NCBI GenBank assembly: GCA_045614865.1 | Contig: JAZLDS010000002.1 | Span: 4,252 to 68,251 of the forward strand | From: Paludibacteraceae bacterium | GTDB lineage: Bacteria > Bacteroidota > Bacteroidia > Bacteroidales > Paludibacteraceae | DNA length: 64,000 bases | Direction: 5' to 3' | Part shown: positions 1 to 7,976 of the stretch, piece after piece | How the letters are laid out: the number at the start of each line of letters is the position of its first letter | Position numbering within the stretch: the first letter of the stretch is position 1 | Notes under the pieces: generated by a model | The model's database searches: none | Seen by the model: the letters and a program-made list of their open reading frames with translations, nothing else | What the model was told of the DNA's origin: nothing | Translations under genes and position numbers: made by a program

Positions 1-52
1 ACTCATCACTCATAGTTCATAACTAACATCTTCCCTCATAGTTCATAACTAA
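1..52. repeat. junction repeat, A-box copies (one full, one partial)
   Basis: ACTCATCACTCATAGTTCATAACTAA at 1-26 and CTCATAGTTCATAACTAA at 35-52, just downstream of the ATPase gene stop (70). Confidence 0.9.
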
Positions 53-69
53 ACAGTAGGGGCACCCGC

Positions 70-1404
70 CTACAATAGTCCCGTCATATACACCGGTAGG
101 CATTGCAAAGCATTTTCATGGGTAGAATCTTTTGTATGAAGAATGTAAGGAGTTCCTACTCTTTCACTAAATCGTTGTACAAACTGATCTATAGATGAAT
201 GGGTTCTATAATTACTTGATTTGACCTCTATTGGACAGATCTTCTTGCCACGAGATAGCAAAAAATCTACCTCATAGTAATGTTTTTCGTCCTTTTCAAA
301 TGTATAATAAAACAATCTATTTCCCGAGGCAACCAACATTTGTGCCACAAGATTCTCATATACATATCCCAAGTTGGCAGAAAACTTATTGGATAAGAGT
401 TGCGTATAAATAGTATTTTCCGTATAATCTTTATCCCAAAAAGCTAAAGTAACGAACAAACCTGTATCACACACAAACATCTTGTAGTAGTCATAATTGG
501 CGGATAATGACATCCCTACAGTTGGATCATTTGCGTGATATGCTAAGCGAACCACTTGACTATCCTCCATTTGTGCCAACATTTCCGCTAATCTATTTTC
601 CGTAACCTCACCTATTACACTTGAAGGTACATAACGCTTCGCATTTCTACTTAGTTGCGCAGGAATAGCAGTAAACAATCGAGAAATACGACCTGTAGAA
701 TCTATCTTGCGAAAATCTTCTGCATAGAGTGTAAGAATTTCACGCTTCATAGCATCAACTTGAGATAGATTATTAGTCTCCAAATATGTTCTCACTGCCT
801 GAGGCATACCTCCTACCAACATGTACAACCGCAAATCACGCATCAAACTACGATGTGCTTGACCGAATCCACGGCGAGCTTCAAATTGCTGACGAATAAG
901 TGACATAGTTGTATTGTCGCCTAAAGCCCAAAGAAACTCTTCGTAGTCAAGTGGATGTAAGGTTACATGATGTTCTTCACTTGGGATGGTGATATCTTTC
1001 GTATTCTTATGCAAACGAATCAAAGAACCCGTCTCAATGTAGTCATACCGCCCATCCTGAACGAGGTACTTAATTGCTTGGCGAGCGCGTGGACACTGTT
1101 GCACCTCGTCAAACACAATTACTGATTGGCGTTTATGCAGCGAAATATGGTAATGTGCCTGAAGATTAAGGAAGAGAGTATCCAAATCAGAATAATCGTC
1201 AAATAGTGAAATTATATGCTTAGGTGCCATATTGAAGTCTATCACTATTGCCGACTTATATTCTTTTTTAGCAAACTGATTTACTAAGGTGGATTTACCT
1301 ACACGACGTGCACCTTCCACCAACAAGGCAGTACTACCATTGCTTGATGATTTCCAATCAAGCATAGTATCATATAACTTTCGCTTAAAAATAGGTGTTG
1401 CCAT
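70..1404 (-). CDS. AAA+ ATPase of the AAA_14/DUF4143 type (ATP-binding protein)
   Basis: 444-aa ORF with ATG start. Walker A GARRVGKST and Walker B-like VIVFDEVQ. Layout resembles the multi-copy DUF4143 ATPases of Bacteroidales. Own TAATTTTG box lies upstream. Confidence 0.8.
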   Translation of the reverse strand: MATPIFKRKLYDTMLDWKSSSNGSTALLVEGARRVGKSTLVNQFAKKEYKSAIVIDFNMAPKHIISLFDDYSDLDTLFLNLQAHYHISLHKRQSVIVFDEVQQCPRARQAIKYLVQDGRYDYIETGSLIRLHKNTKDITIPSEEHHVTLHPLDYEEFLWALGDNTTMSLIRQQFEARRGFGQAHRSLMRDLRLYMLVGGMPQAVRTYLETNNLSQVDAMKREILTLYAEDFRKIDSTGRISRLFTAIPAQLSRNAKRYVPSSVIGEVTENRLAEMLAQMEDSQVVRLAYHANDPTVGMSLSANYDYYKMFVCDTGLFVTLAFWDKDYTENTIYTQLLSNKFSANLGYVYENLVAQMLVASGNRLFYYTFEKDEKHYYEVDFLLSRGKKICPIEVKSSNYRTHSSIDQFVQRFSERVGTPYILHTKDSTHENALQCLPVYMTGLL

Positions 1405-1429
1405 ACGCTCATTTATTAGAATTTCGCCA

Positions 1430-1437
1430 CAAAATTA
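1430..1437 (-). promoter_or_regulatory. Bacteroidota -7 box TAATTTTG (ATPase gene)
   Basis: The reverse complement of CAAAATTA matches TAnnTTTG, about 25 nt upstream of ATG 1404. Confidence 0.6.
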
Positions 1438-1510
1438 CTATTTTTTTTTGACACCACAAAACAAAAACACAAAAAAACGATTATTCTATTGATTTTCTGC
1501 ACTTTAACAA

Positions 1511-1594
1511 TTTCCCCCAAAACTTTTATATGCCAAATCACATATTTCCCCAAAACTTTTACACGCCAAATCACCCGTTTCCCCAAAACTTCAG
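1511..1594. repeat. 33-bp tandem repeat, about 2.5 copies
   Basis: TTTCCCC(C)AAAACTTTTAYAYGCCAAATCAC at 1511-1544 and 1545-1577, with a partial copy at 1578-1594. It lies about 75 nt upstream of the ATPase -7 box. Confidence 0.9.
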
Positions 1595-1661
1595 CCTTTA
1601 CACTCTACACCTAGCCAGAAACTTCAACTGGTTAGTGGCACTAACCACTTCATTTCTCATT

Positions 1662-1723
1662 ACTCATCACTCATAGTTTATAACTAATAAGTGCTATCAC
1701 ATTAATTTATGTATTTAAGGGGA
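1662..1723. repeat. junction repeat (A-box plus degenerate hairpin part)
   Basis: ACTCATCACTCATAGTTTATAACTAA at 1662-1687, then CTATCACATTAATTTATGTA. It ends at the stop codon of the 1724-2263 gene. Confidence 0.85.
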
Positions 1724-2263
1724 TTAGAAATAGGTATATAATATGTAATCTTTATTGGCAGTGCGTTTGAGGTGATCCCCAAAGCATAGCAGAGGGATAC
1801 TTATTGATACTAATGAACTGCCGACTCCTAAGAGGGCTACTCCTGCCGCTTGCTTAGTTGGTTCTGTGTTACATGCAAAGATCGTTCCAATTATACATAG
1901 AGGGAGTCCAATACTAATAATCGGTGCACCAGCCTTAGAGAGTTGTTTTCCTAAGATATATTCATCGTATATCACTTTAGGGATTTGTATGGTTTCAGTT
2001 GTGGAATGGTGTGTTATAAATTCTTTTTGAGTTCCATTTAGATCTAGTAGCCAATTGCCATGTTTAGTTTCCATCCACTCTCCATACTCAGTGGATCTAT
2101 TGATACTCACTTTCAGTTCGTCAAAGCAGATCGTATTGGCAATCCTACTGGTATCTGTTGCTATTACTTTATCGGAAATTATATTTCTTAGTTGGTCGTA
2201 AGATTGCGCCATCATAATTACAGCATTCATCATCAACGCTAGTACTAGTAAAATCTTTTTCAT
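1724..2263 (-). CDS. hypothetical secreted/membrane protein
   Basis: 179-aa ORF. Signal-peptide-like N-terminus MKKILLVLALMMNAVIMMAQS and two C-terminal hydrophobic helices. No family recognised. Confidence 0.5.
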   Translation of the reverse strand: MKKILLVLALMMNAVIMMAQSYDQLRNIISDKVIATDTSRIANTICFDELKVSINRSTEYGEWMETKHGNWLLDLNGTQKEFITHHSTTETIQIPKVIYDEYILGKQLSKAGAPIISIGLPLCIIGTIFACNTEPTKQAAGVALLGVGSSLVSISIPLLCFGDHLKRTANKDYILYTYF

Positions 2264-2300
2264 ATCGTATTATTTTTCGGTTAATATTCTATTGTTTATC

Positions 2301-2374
2301 ACTCATCACTCATAGTTCATTCATAACTAAACTCCACCTTATCACAATATCACATGGAAATATGTGTTGGAGGG
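2301..2374. repeat. junction repeat (A-box + B-box + CACAT/ATGTG hairpin)
   Basis: A-box 2301-2330; B-core CTCCACCTTATCACAATATCACA 2332-2354; CACAT-N6-ATGTG 2351-2366. It ends at the stop codon of the 2375-3052 gene. Confidence 0.95.
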
Positions 2375-3052
2375 TTATTTCTTTTTATACGATTTGAGTT
2401 GGAACTTCACTTTGTACTTGCGATCGGACTGAGAACTCATCACATCGCTTTTGTAATAGGCATAATGGTCTTTATATCCATATCCTTCCAATTCAAAACT
2501 TTTAACAAAACCAGGTTCAATTGTTACTGCTTTTGTGAAGTCTTTATAATCCAACATATTACCAGACATATCGTAATAAATAATACGTCCCGTTACAGAT
2601 GTGATGGTTTGCGCGGTATTATTTTTGAGAGCAACCGTTGCCCTTGATTGCACCCAATCATGCGAATAATTGGCCAATGTCACATCATTAGCACTAACGG
2701 TTGTAGTCTGAGGTGTAGCGGTCGTAGCAACAGGCTGGGTGGTAGCAGTTGCTGCTGGCTTCGTTGTAGTTTGGGTTGTTTTTGCAGGTGCAGCGTTAAT
2801 TTTCTTAGCTAGTTCGTCGCGTAACTGTGCCACTTCGTTTTGCAACTGTTTCAATTGATTATTTACATCATTCCATTGTGCTTCTGTTACAACGAACTTC
2901 TCTTCTTGGACTACAGTAACCGATTCTTCATCTGTTTGAGAATCCGCTTCAACCTGTGGTATAAACCAGATAATCAAGAGTCCAACAAGAACTACAAGTA
3001 CCAAAATTAATGTCAATCCTCTTCTTGGTTTTTCTGTGTATTCTTCTCTCAT
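2375..3052 (-). CDS. hypothetical membrane-anchored coiled-coil protein (possible FxLYD-like C-terminal domain)
   Basis: 225-aa ORF. N-terminal TM segment [19 protein letters not shown], coiled-coil [19 protein letters not shown], Thr/Ala/Pro-rich linker, and a beta-rich C-terminus with IIYYD. The domain call is tentative. Confidence 0.5.
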   Translation of the reverse strand: MREEYTEKPRRGLTLILVLVVLVGLLIIWFIPQVEADSQTDEESVTVVQEEKFVVTEAQWNDVNNQLKQLQNEVAQLRDELAKKINAAPAKTTQTTTKPAATATTQPVATTATPQTTTVSANDVTLANYSHDWVQSRATVALKNNTAQTITSVTGRIIYYDMSGNMLDYKDFTKAVTIEPGFVKSFELEGYGYKDHYAYYKSDVMSSQSDRKYKVKFQLKSYKKK

Positions 3053-3137
3053 AATTGTATTTTATTTTTTGGTTAATATACTAAACACTCAACAGTAGCA
3101 GCTCCGCCGCGTCCTCTAAACAGGCGCTCCGCGCCCT

Positions 3138-3214
3138 ACTCATCACTCATAGTTTATAACTAAACTCCACCTTATCACACTATCACATGAAAAAATGTGT
3201 TGAGGGGGGATTAT
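3138..3214. repeat. junction repeat (A-box + B-box + hairpin)
   Basis: A-box 3138-3163; B-core CTCCACCTTATCACACTATCACA 3165-3187; CACAT-N6-ATGTG 3184-3199; then a G7 tract. It ends at the stop of the HNH gene. Confidence 0.95.
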
Positions 3215-4420
3215 TTAGCAATAATCATCTATACTATCTGGACCATCCCATTCTTTATCTTGTGCTCTTGTATATGCTGCACGTACACCATTCTCTTCAA
3301 AGAATGTACCTTTAGATGTATGCACAAATACTTCTCCGTTCCATTCAATCTTAGACAAAGCAAAATGCTTTACTCCGTTTGGTATCTTTGTTGAGACAAT
3401 GATGTTATCTTTGTATAAGGTAAACTCAAATACAGTAGATTCTCCATAATTAGCAGTTACAAAAACTTTCCCTTCTTTCAAATTTCTCAAGTAATCTTGT
3501 AACGGTTGATCTGAAATCTCTGTAGGACAACAGGGGAACTCTGGGTTTGTATGTGGAGACCATCCAGTTTGAACAGCAATATCATTAGATGTTTTATAGT
3601 AAGCAATCTCATTTTCATCAGCTTTTTCTTCAATCTTTTGATTTTCTTCTTTCTTACTATATTCTTTGAGAAACTCTTCACCCCAAAAAGTAGCATCCAT
3701 TTTCGTTGGATCAATTGGTTCTCCCCAACCATCTTCCATCTTGTTACCACCATCATACTCTAATGGCTTACCCCAGACATCGTATTTTACTCTGGAAGGA
3801 GCTTGTATATCCGTCTTTAATGGAGCTATAGCATTTGGAATCCATGTACTAATTTTTACATTATATATCCAATCACCTATGCCTCCTGTATGTGTATTGT
3901 TTTTTATCAAATGCAATTCATGTAAATGCTTAAGATTATTGAAACATATTCTTGCTTCTTCCGCTGTTACTGCACTCATCCATGATATATTGGTATCTTG
4001 AGCACGCTGTGCTAATATTTTAGGATTCTCTATAAATTCTTGCAATGTACAATAATAAAGAATCTTTTTAAGTGTTAGTGGATTATTAAGTGCATTCTCT
4101 AGTTTGGTTACCCACCTTAGATTTTCTGGTCGATTATTCTGTCGATTGGTATCAATATGATCTACAACCATCTGATCATTTTCTGGTTTTCCAAGAAATG
4201 CAAATGCTACGACACGATGAACAACCTCTCCACAAAAAGCACAATATCCTTTATCGTTAGGGTCGCCAAATGTCCAAATATTATCCTTCGGACGAACTCT
4301 TGTGGTCTTGGGATGGCGCATGATAGCACCATTATCCCTCACGGAATAATGTTCACCTTTGTAGTCACATTCTCGGACTTCGGTAAAGGTATTTAGAAGT
4401 TGTTCTAATCGGTCGGTCAT
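3215..4420 (-). CDS. HNH endonuclease (HNH_3, homing-endonuclease-like) with long C-terminal extension
   Basis: 401-aa ORF. Motif VVDHIDTNRQNNRPENLRWVTKLEN sits in the N-terminal third, as in I-HmuI-type phage HNH enzymes. The roughly 280-aa C-terminal part is unassigned. Confidence 0.75.
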   Translation of the reverse strand: MTDRLEQLLNTFTEVRECDYKGEHYSVRDNGAIMRHPKTTRVRPKDNIWTFGDPNDKGYCAFCGEVVHRVVAFAFLGKPENDQMVVDHIDTNRQNNRPENLRWVTKLENALNNPLTLKKILYYCTLQEFIENPKILAQRAQDTNISWMSAVTAEEARICFNNLKHLHELHLIKNNTHTGGIGDWIYNVKISTWIPNAIAPLKTDIQAPSRVKYDVWGKPLEYDGGNKMEDGWGEPIDPTKMDATFWGEEFLKEYSKKEENQKIEEKADENEIAYYKTSNDIAVQTGWSPHTNPEFPCCPTEISDQPLQDYLRNLKEGKVFVTANYGESTVFEFTLYKDNIIVSTKIPNGVKHFALSKIEWNGEVFVHTSKGTFFEENGVRAAYTRAQDKEWDGPDSIDDYC

Positions 4421-4433
4421 AGATTAATTTTCT

Positions 4434-4471
4434 TTCACCTTATCACACTATCACATTAAAATATGTGTTGA
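4434..4471. repeat. junction repeat (B-box + hairpin only)
   Basis: TCACCTTATCACACTATCACA 4435-4455; CACAT-N6-ATGTG 4452-4467. It ends at the stop of the GIY-YIG gene. Confidence 0.95.
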
Positions 4472-5299
4472 TTACAAAATCACTAACTTATCTAAAATTT
4501 CACTTTTATCTCCAGTATAATCCTTAGCAACACACCAATTATAACCATAAGCAGATTTTTGCAATCCCTTAATTACATTACGAACATTCTCTGGTCGCTT
4601 TACACCGAAATATTGTGCAATTTCATTGAATGAGGTAAAAGCATTGCAAATTTTGTTTTCGTTATCTAACTGAATAATAGCATTATCTGACCAATATTCG
4701 GTTAATAAGAAGTATTCATTCTCTTTAATATACTCATCTGTTTCATCTTCGGCATCTGTTATCATAATATGCCATGAAAACTCTTGGGCATGCTCTTCCA
4801 TCATTTCACCTTTTTTCCCGTAGAAAGGATTGTTATCCTTCCAATAATGATCGAAGATCTTTTGTTCTCCATATGTCAAAGTACTACCTGCTATTTGTTT
4901 CTGTAGTATTGGGACATACTCCTCAAATTTTCTATTATAAATATCGTGGAACACTCTGCGATAAATATCTTCAAGTATCTCTTTGTTTGAAGCAGCAACA
5001 GTACCTTGGCTTTTTCTATTATACCCATAATCTTTACAATCAGCCTTGTGCAATTGAATCCAATAAGTCTCTCTTTTATTCAGTTCTTCAATGAGAGCTT
5101 GTGTACTATCATTTTCTATTGTTTCAATAATTTCATATTTAGGTTCTCCTAAACGTTTATAAGCCTCCCAAAAACCGCCATTCATTGGGCCAATCGTTTC
5201 ACTAAGATGCTCCTTATGCCTAATTTCAGGATCACGTCTAGTCTGACCAATGTATACTTTATTGTCAGAGAATGTGTATTTATAGATATAGCCTTTCAT
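4472..5299 (-). CDS. GIY-YIG nuclease (I-TevI/Seg-like free-standing endonuclease)
   Basis: GIY-YIG core GYIYKYTF..VYIGQTRR..RHKEH..ETYWI at the N-terminus. C-terminal NUMOD1/HTH-like FNEIAQYFGVKRPENVRNVIKG. The ORF-track start 5323 is a GTG inside the junction repeat, so ATG 5299 (MKGYIYKY) is preferred. Confidence 0.75.
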   Translation of the reverse strand: MKGYIYKYTFSDNKVYIGQTRRDPEIRHKEHLSETIGPMNGGFWEAYKRLGEPKYEIIETIENDSTQALIEELNKRETYWIQLHKADCKDYGYNRKSQGTVAASNKEILEDIYRRVFHDIYNRKFEEYVPILQKQIAGSTLTYGEQKIFDHYWKDNNPFYGKKGEMMEEHAQEFSWHIMITDAEDETDEYIKENEYFLLTEYWSDNAIIQLDNENKICNAFTSFNEIAQYFGVKRPENVRNVIKGLQKSAYGYNWCVAKDYTGDKSEILDKLVIL

Positions 5300-5316
5300 G
5301 GTAATTATTCTGTTTG

Positions 5317-5359
5317 ACTCCACCTTATCACACTACCACATTAAAAAATGTGTTGATAT
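5317..5359. repeat. junction repeat (B-box + hairpin only)
   Basis: CTCCACCTTATCACACTACCACA 5318-5340; CACAT-N6-ATGTG 5337-5352. It ends at the stop of the DUF2075 gene. Confidence 0.95.
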
Positions 5360-7414
5360 CTATATCTCCTTCACCCCTAGTTGCTTCAAATACTCATATG
5401 TTCCATTATAGAACGCATGATTGCGGGTTGGATCTTCTTTAGAACCCTCCGGCACGCAAATCACCATACCTTGACGTGCTCGAGTCAACAATACACGATA
5501 GGCGTTGAGTAAGTATGCTTTGCGGTCGTCCTTGTTGATTCTATTCCATTTGGTTCCGCCACTAAATTCGTAGAAAGCCCAATCGTTATCCTGACGACGT
5601 AAATCACCATCCCATACAAGGCATGTCCAATCCAATTCAAGACCTTGCACATCAAACTCAGAAGCAGCATCCTCCAAGAACAAAGAAGAACGTACATCAT
5701 TAATATCATCCAAGAACCAATGGACTGTATCCGGCTTACAACGAACATCAATAGCCAATGGCTTCAATCGATATGCTTTAGATGATACAAGCAAACCATA
5801 ACGCTCATTTCCGCGTGCTCGCTCACGGAGCCAAGCTTTGGCTTTGTCTAAATCTCTAGTTAAAACGATAGGGTATCGGTCTGCTATCTGAGCATACGTA
5901 TCACGAGCACTATCAATATCTCCATCAAGAATATAATGTACAATATGAGATAAACTCTCAGCACGGAAGCTACGCATAGAAACAGCCAAGTGCAAGTCCT
6001 CGGAGAATGTGACACGAGGATTATCCGACAGCAACTCCTTCACCTTTCCTTCGGCATACTCTTTGGCGGTCAGCTGGCTAGAGATATACACATTCCAATT
6101 AGGGAATGTTTCATTGAGTGCGCGAATCCATTCGCCGATACCCGCTTCGCCTGTATTAATTTCTTGTCCACCACCTACTAGACAAACAATGACTGCCCAG
6201 TCTGGACGTTGATCAAGCGACCAAATAAGGAATTCGCTTTCGGACATCGGGAAATCAGCAAAGCCCTTTTTACGCTTCAACCAACCAGCAATATGCTCTT
6301 TGTCCCACGAGCGTTGCGCCTCATCAAAGATAGCTATATTCTCCACCTCGCCATAACCAGCTGTCTGGTCTTTGAGCTCTTTGGTAGGGTCGATAACCAG
6401 TTGTCCGTTTTCCAGCATTACTTTGCTGAGCATATTATCACGATAGCGGTGGATAATCTGAATAAAGCGTTTTACCTCTCGTTCTGCTTCTTTCTTAGTA
6501 ATCTTATTGCCCTTTGCTTTCTTTTGCGCTTGTTTATCACGCGTGAGTGCTTCGGTAAGAACTTCTACCAGCGGACCATTACCGGACAAATAGACAGCTA
6601 AATCTTGGTCTTCCTCTTGCTGTACAGCCACGTTGAGTCCAACGAGCGTTTTACCAGCACCTGGAACTCCTGTTACAAAGCAAATACTCTTGCCTCTTTG
6701 CGCTTTGGTCTGACGGATGACGTCTTGTACGTATCGAGTAGTATTATCCAATTGTGCGCCTTCAGATTCGTGTTTAGTAATATCCGCAACACTATGATTA
6801 AGATAAAGCGAACGTGCCGCTTCTATGATAGTGGGCGTAGGTGCATAGCGACTACGAGCCCAATCGGACATGGCAACGGCATAGGTTGTAGATATCGCGT
6901 TTTCAGACAACACAAGAGCTATTGCGTCTGACAAATACTCCGCATTAGTCATCATTGGCTCATAGATGCCGTCATCATAATGTGAAGGTTGGCACAACGT
7001 AGCATAAGAATTGCTGTCAGTCGCTACGAGAATAGGAACGATAGCACGATCCACGCTACCTTGATGGAAATTCTTAAGGTCGAGAGCATAGTCTAAGACT
7101 TGATCTACGTCATGACGAAGGAAATTCTCCTCGCCTGCCTTGAACTCAATAACGAATACGCGTTCACGAAGCAAAAGAACTACGTCTATGCGTTTACCTA
7201 AACGGGGAATAGTGTATTCGAAAATGATTTGCCCTACTTCGTTAGCGTAAGGTACAAGAACAGACTTCATGATGTCGATTTCTTGTGACCATGCAAACTT
7301 CTGGGTAGAGGCGGTATCCATCTCATCCGCACGAGCCATGACACCAAATATCTGGTCTGTATTCTCAGACAAGAAAGTAGCGATATCTGCTTGATAAAAG
7401 AATCTGTTAGTCAT
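5360..7414 (-). CDS. DUF2075-type nuclease-helicase (Schlafen-like P-loop NTPase with N-terminal PD-(D/E)xK-like module)
   Basis: 684-aa ORF. RIDVVLL..VFVIEFK (nuclease-like), Walker A GVPGAGKT, Walker B-like IAIFDEAQ, and UvrD_C-like YRVLLTRARQGMVICV. TAACTTTG box lies upstream. Confidence 0.8.
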   Translation of the reverse strand: MTNRFFYQADIATFLSENTDQIFGVMARADEMDTASTQKFAWSQEIDIMKSVLVPYANEVGQIIFEYTIPRLGKRIDVVLLLRERVFVIEFKAGEENFLRHDVDQVLDYALDLKNFHQGSVDRAIVPILVATDSNSYATLCQPSHYDDGIYEPMMTNAEYLSDAIALVLSENAISTTYAVAMSDWARSRYAPTPTIIEAARSLYLNHSVADITKHESEGAQLDNTTRYVQDVIRQTKAQRGKSICFVTGVPGAGKTLVGLNVAVQQEEDQDLAVYLSGNGPLVEVLTEALTRDKQAQKKAKGNKITKKEAEREVKRFIQIIHRYRDNMLSKVMLENGQLVIDPTKELKDQTAGYGEVENIAIFDEAQRSWDKEHIAGWLKRKKGFADFPMSESEFLIWSLDQRPDWAVIVCLVGGGQEINTGEAGIGEWIRALNETFPNWNVYISSQLTAKEYAEGKVKELLSDNPRVTFSEDLHLAVSMRSFRAESLSHIVHYILDGDIDSARDTYAQIADRYPIVLTRDLDKAKAWLRERARGNERYGLLVSSKAYRLKPLAIDVRCKPDTVHWFLDDINDVRSSLFLEDAASEFDVQGLELDWTCLVWDGDLRRQDNDWAFYEFSGGTKWNRINKDDRKAYLLNAYRVLLTRARQGMVICVPEGSKEDPTRNHAFYNGTYEYLKQLGVKEI

Positions 7415-7433
7415 GGCGTTTCTTGTTACCCCG

Positions 7434-7441
7434 CAAAGTTA
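7434..7441 (-). promoter_or_regulatory. -7 box TAACTTTG (DUF2075 gene / cassette array)
   Basis: TAnnTTTG match about 20 nt upstream of ATG 7414. No comparable box is seen upstream of the four downstream cassettes. Confidence 0.6.
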
Positions 7442-7502
7442 CTACTTTTTTCGCAATAATCCAAAAAAAAGGACTAAATTTCTAAATTTAGACCTTCTTT
7501 CG

Positions 7503-7525
7503 CTCCACCTTATCACAATATCACA
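7503..7525. repeat. junction repeat B-core (outermost copy, upstream of the DUF2075 promoter)
   Basis: CTCCACCTTATCACAATATCACA, followed directly by the 71-bp repeat/terminator at 7528. Confidence 0.9.
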
Positions 7526-7527
7526 AG

Positions 7528-7598
7528 AAAAAAAGAGCGAAATACTCTTTTTTTAGTTTAGTGGACGGACCAAAGGTCCTACGGTTTAGGGTTTAGAG
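7528..7598. repeat. 71-bp repeat, copy 1 (A/T-flanked hairpin + GGACC-AAA-GGTCC hairpin + GTTTAGGGTTTAGAG)
   Basis: 62 of 71 positions are identical to 12180-12250 by hand alignment. Confidence 0.9.
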
Positions 7599-7604
7599 AC
7601 GAAG

Positions 7605-7663
7605 GGACGGCTGCGCCTATTGGACGCTGCGCTAATGGATAATGTACGGCGTGCCGCCTAATG
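7605..7663. repeat. three degenerate GC-rich repeats GGAC(G)GCTGCGC(C)TAATG
   Basis: GGACGGCTGCGCCTATTG, GACGCTGCGCTAATG and TACGGCGTGCCGCCTAATG. Related single copies occur at 10491-10508 and, inverted, at about 3092-3108. Confidence 0.8.
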
Positions 7664-7738
7664 GGCGATGAGGCAAAAGGCGAGGGGTGAAAGGTGAGAA
7701 AAATGGAGAATCGGCTCAAAAAGGTCGATTTTTTTGCA

Positions 7739-7765
7739 ATTATCGGCTCAAATTGAGCCGATAAT
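7739..7765. repeat. perfect 27-bp palindrome ATTATCGGCTCAA-A-TTGAGCCGATAAT
   Basis: 13-bp arms around a single central A. An extra half-site ATCGGCTCAA lies at 7710-7719. Confidence 0.95.
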
Positions 7766-7943
7766 CCAAATATTTTTTGTGATTTTGCACCGATTTACAA
7801 AAAAGACTATGGAAACAGCTCGTGAAATACTGCAATTTTTGTACTTGTACTTTCGCGCAACAATTCTCCTGCGCTGTAAATATTACCTATATGCCTCGTA
7901 ATAACAGACTTGGGGTGCTTTCGTGGGAGATATACACCAGCGA

Positions 7944-7976
7944 GAAAAAGAAATCGCCCCACGTTGGAGGCGATCG
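7944..7976 (-). terminator. intrinsic terminator of the NTase-phosphoesterase gene
   Basis: Stem ATCGCC/GGCGAT (7953-58 / 7969-74), followed on the minus strand by TTTCTTTTT. Confidence 0.6.

Noticed and set aside
3203-3209. G7 tract next to the HNH gene stop as a contingency locus
   Set aside because: It lies outside the coding sequence, within the junction repeat. The equivalent position in the other copies is not a homopolymer.
1-7525. Junction repeats read as a CRISPR array or as integron attC sites
   Set aside because: The intervening units are 0.5-2 kb protein-coding genes, not 25-40-bp spacers, and there are no cas genes. The repeat ends do not fit the attC R''/R' consensus (RYYYAAC / GTTRRRY) when checked by eye, and no IntI-type integrase is in the window. 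The element is kept as an unexplained repeat family instead.
7584-7598. GTTTAGGGTTTAGAG as telomere-like (TTTAGGG) repeats
   Set aside because: There are only two units in a circular-type bacterial context. It is part of the wider GTTTAGRG word family, so the resemblance to plant telomeres is coincidental.
7809-7901. 30-codon ORF (METAREILQF...) as a real micro-protein
   Set aside because: No promoter box, conservation or ribosome-binding evidence is available. It is mentioned within the non-coding-gap finding only.
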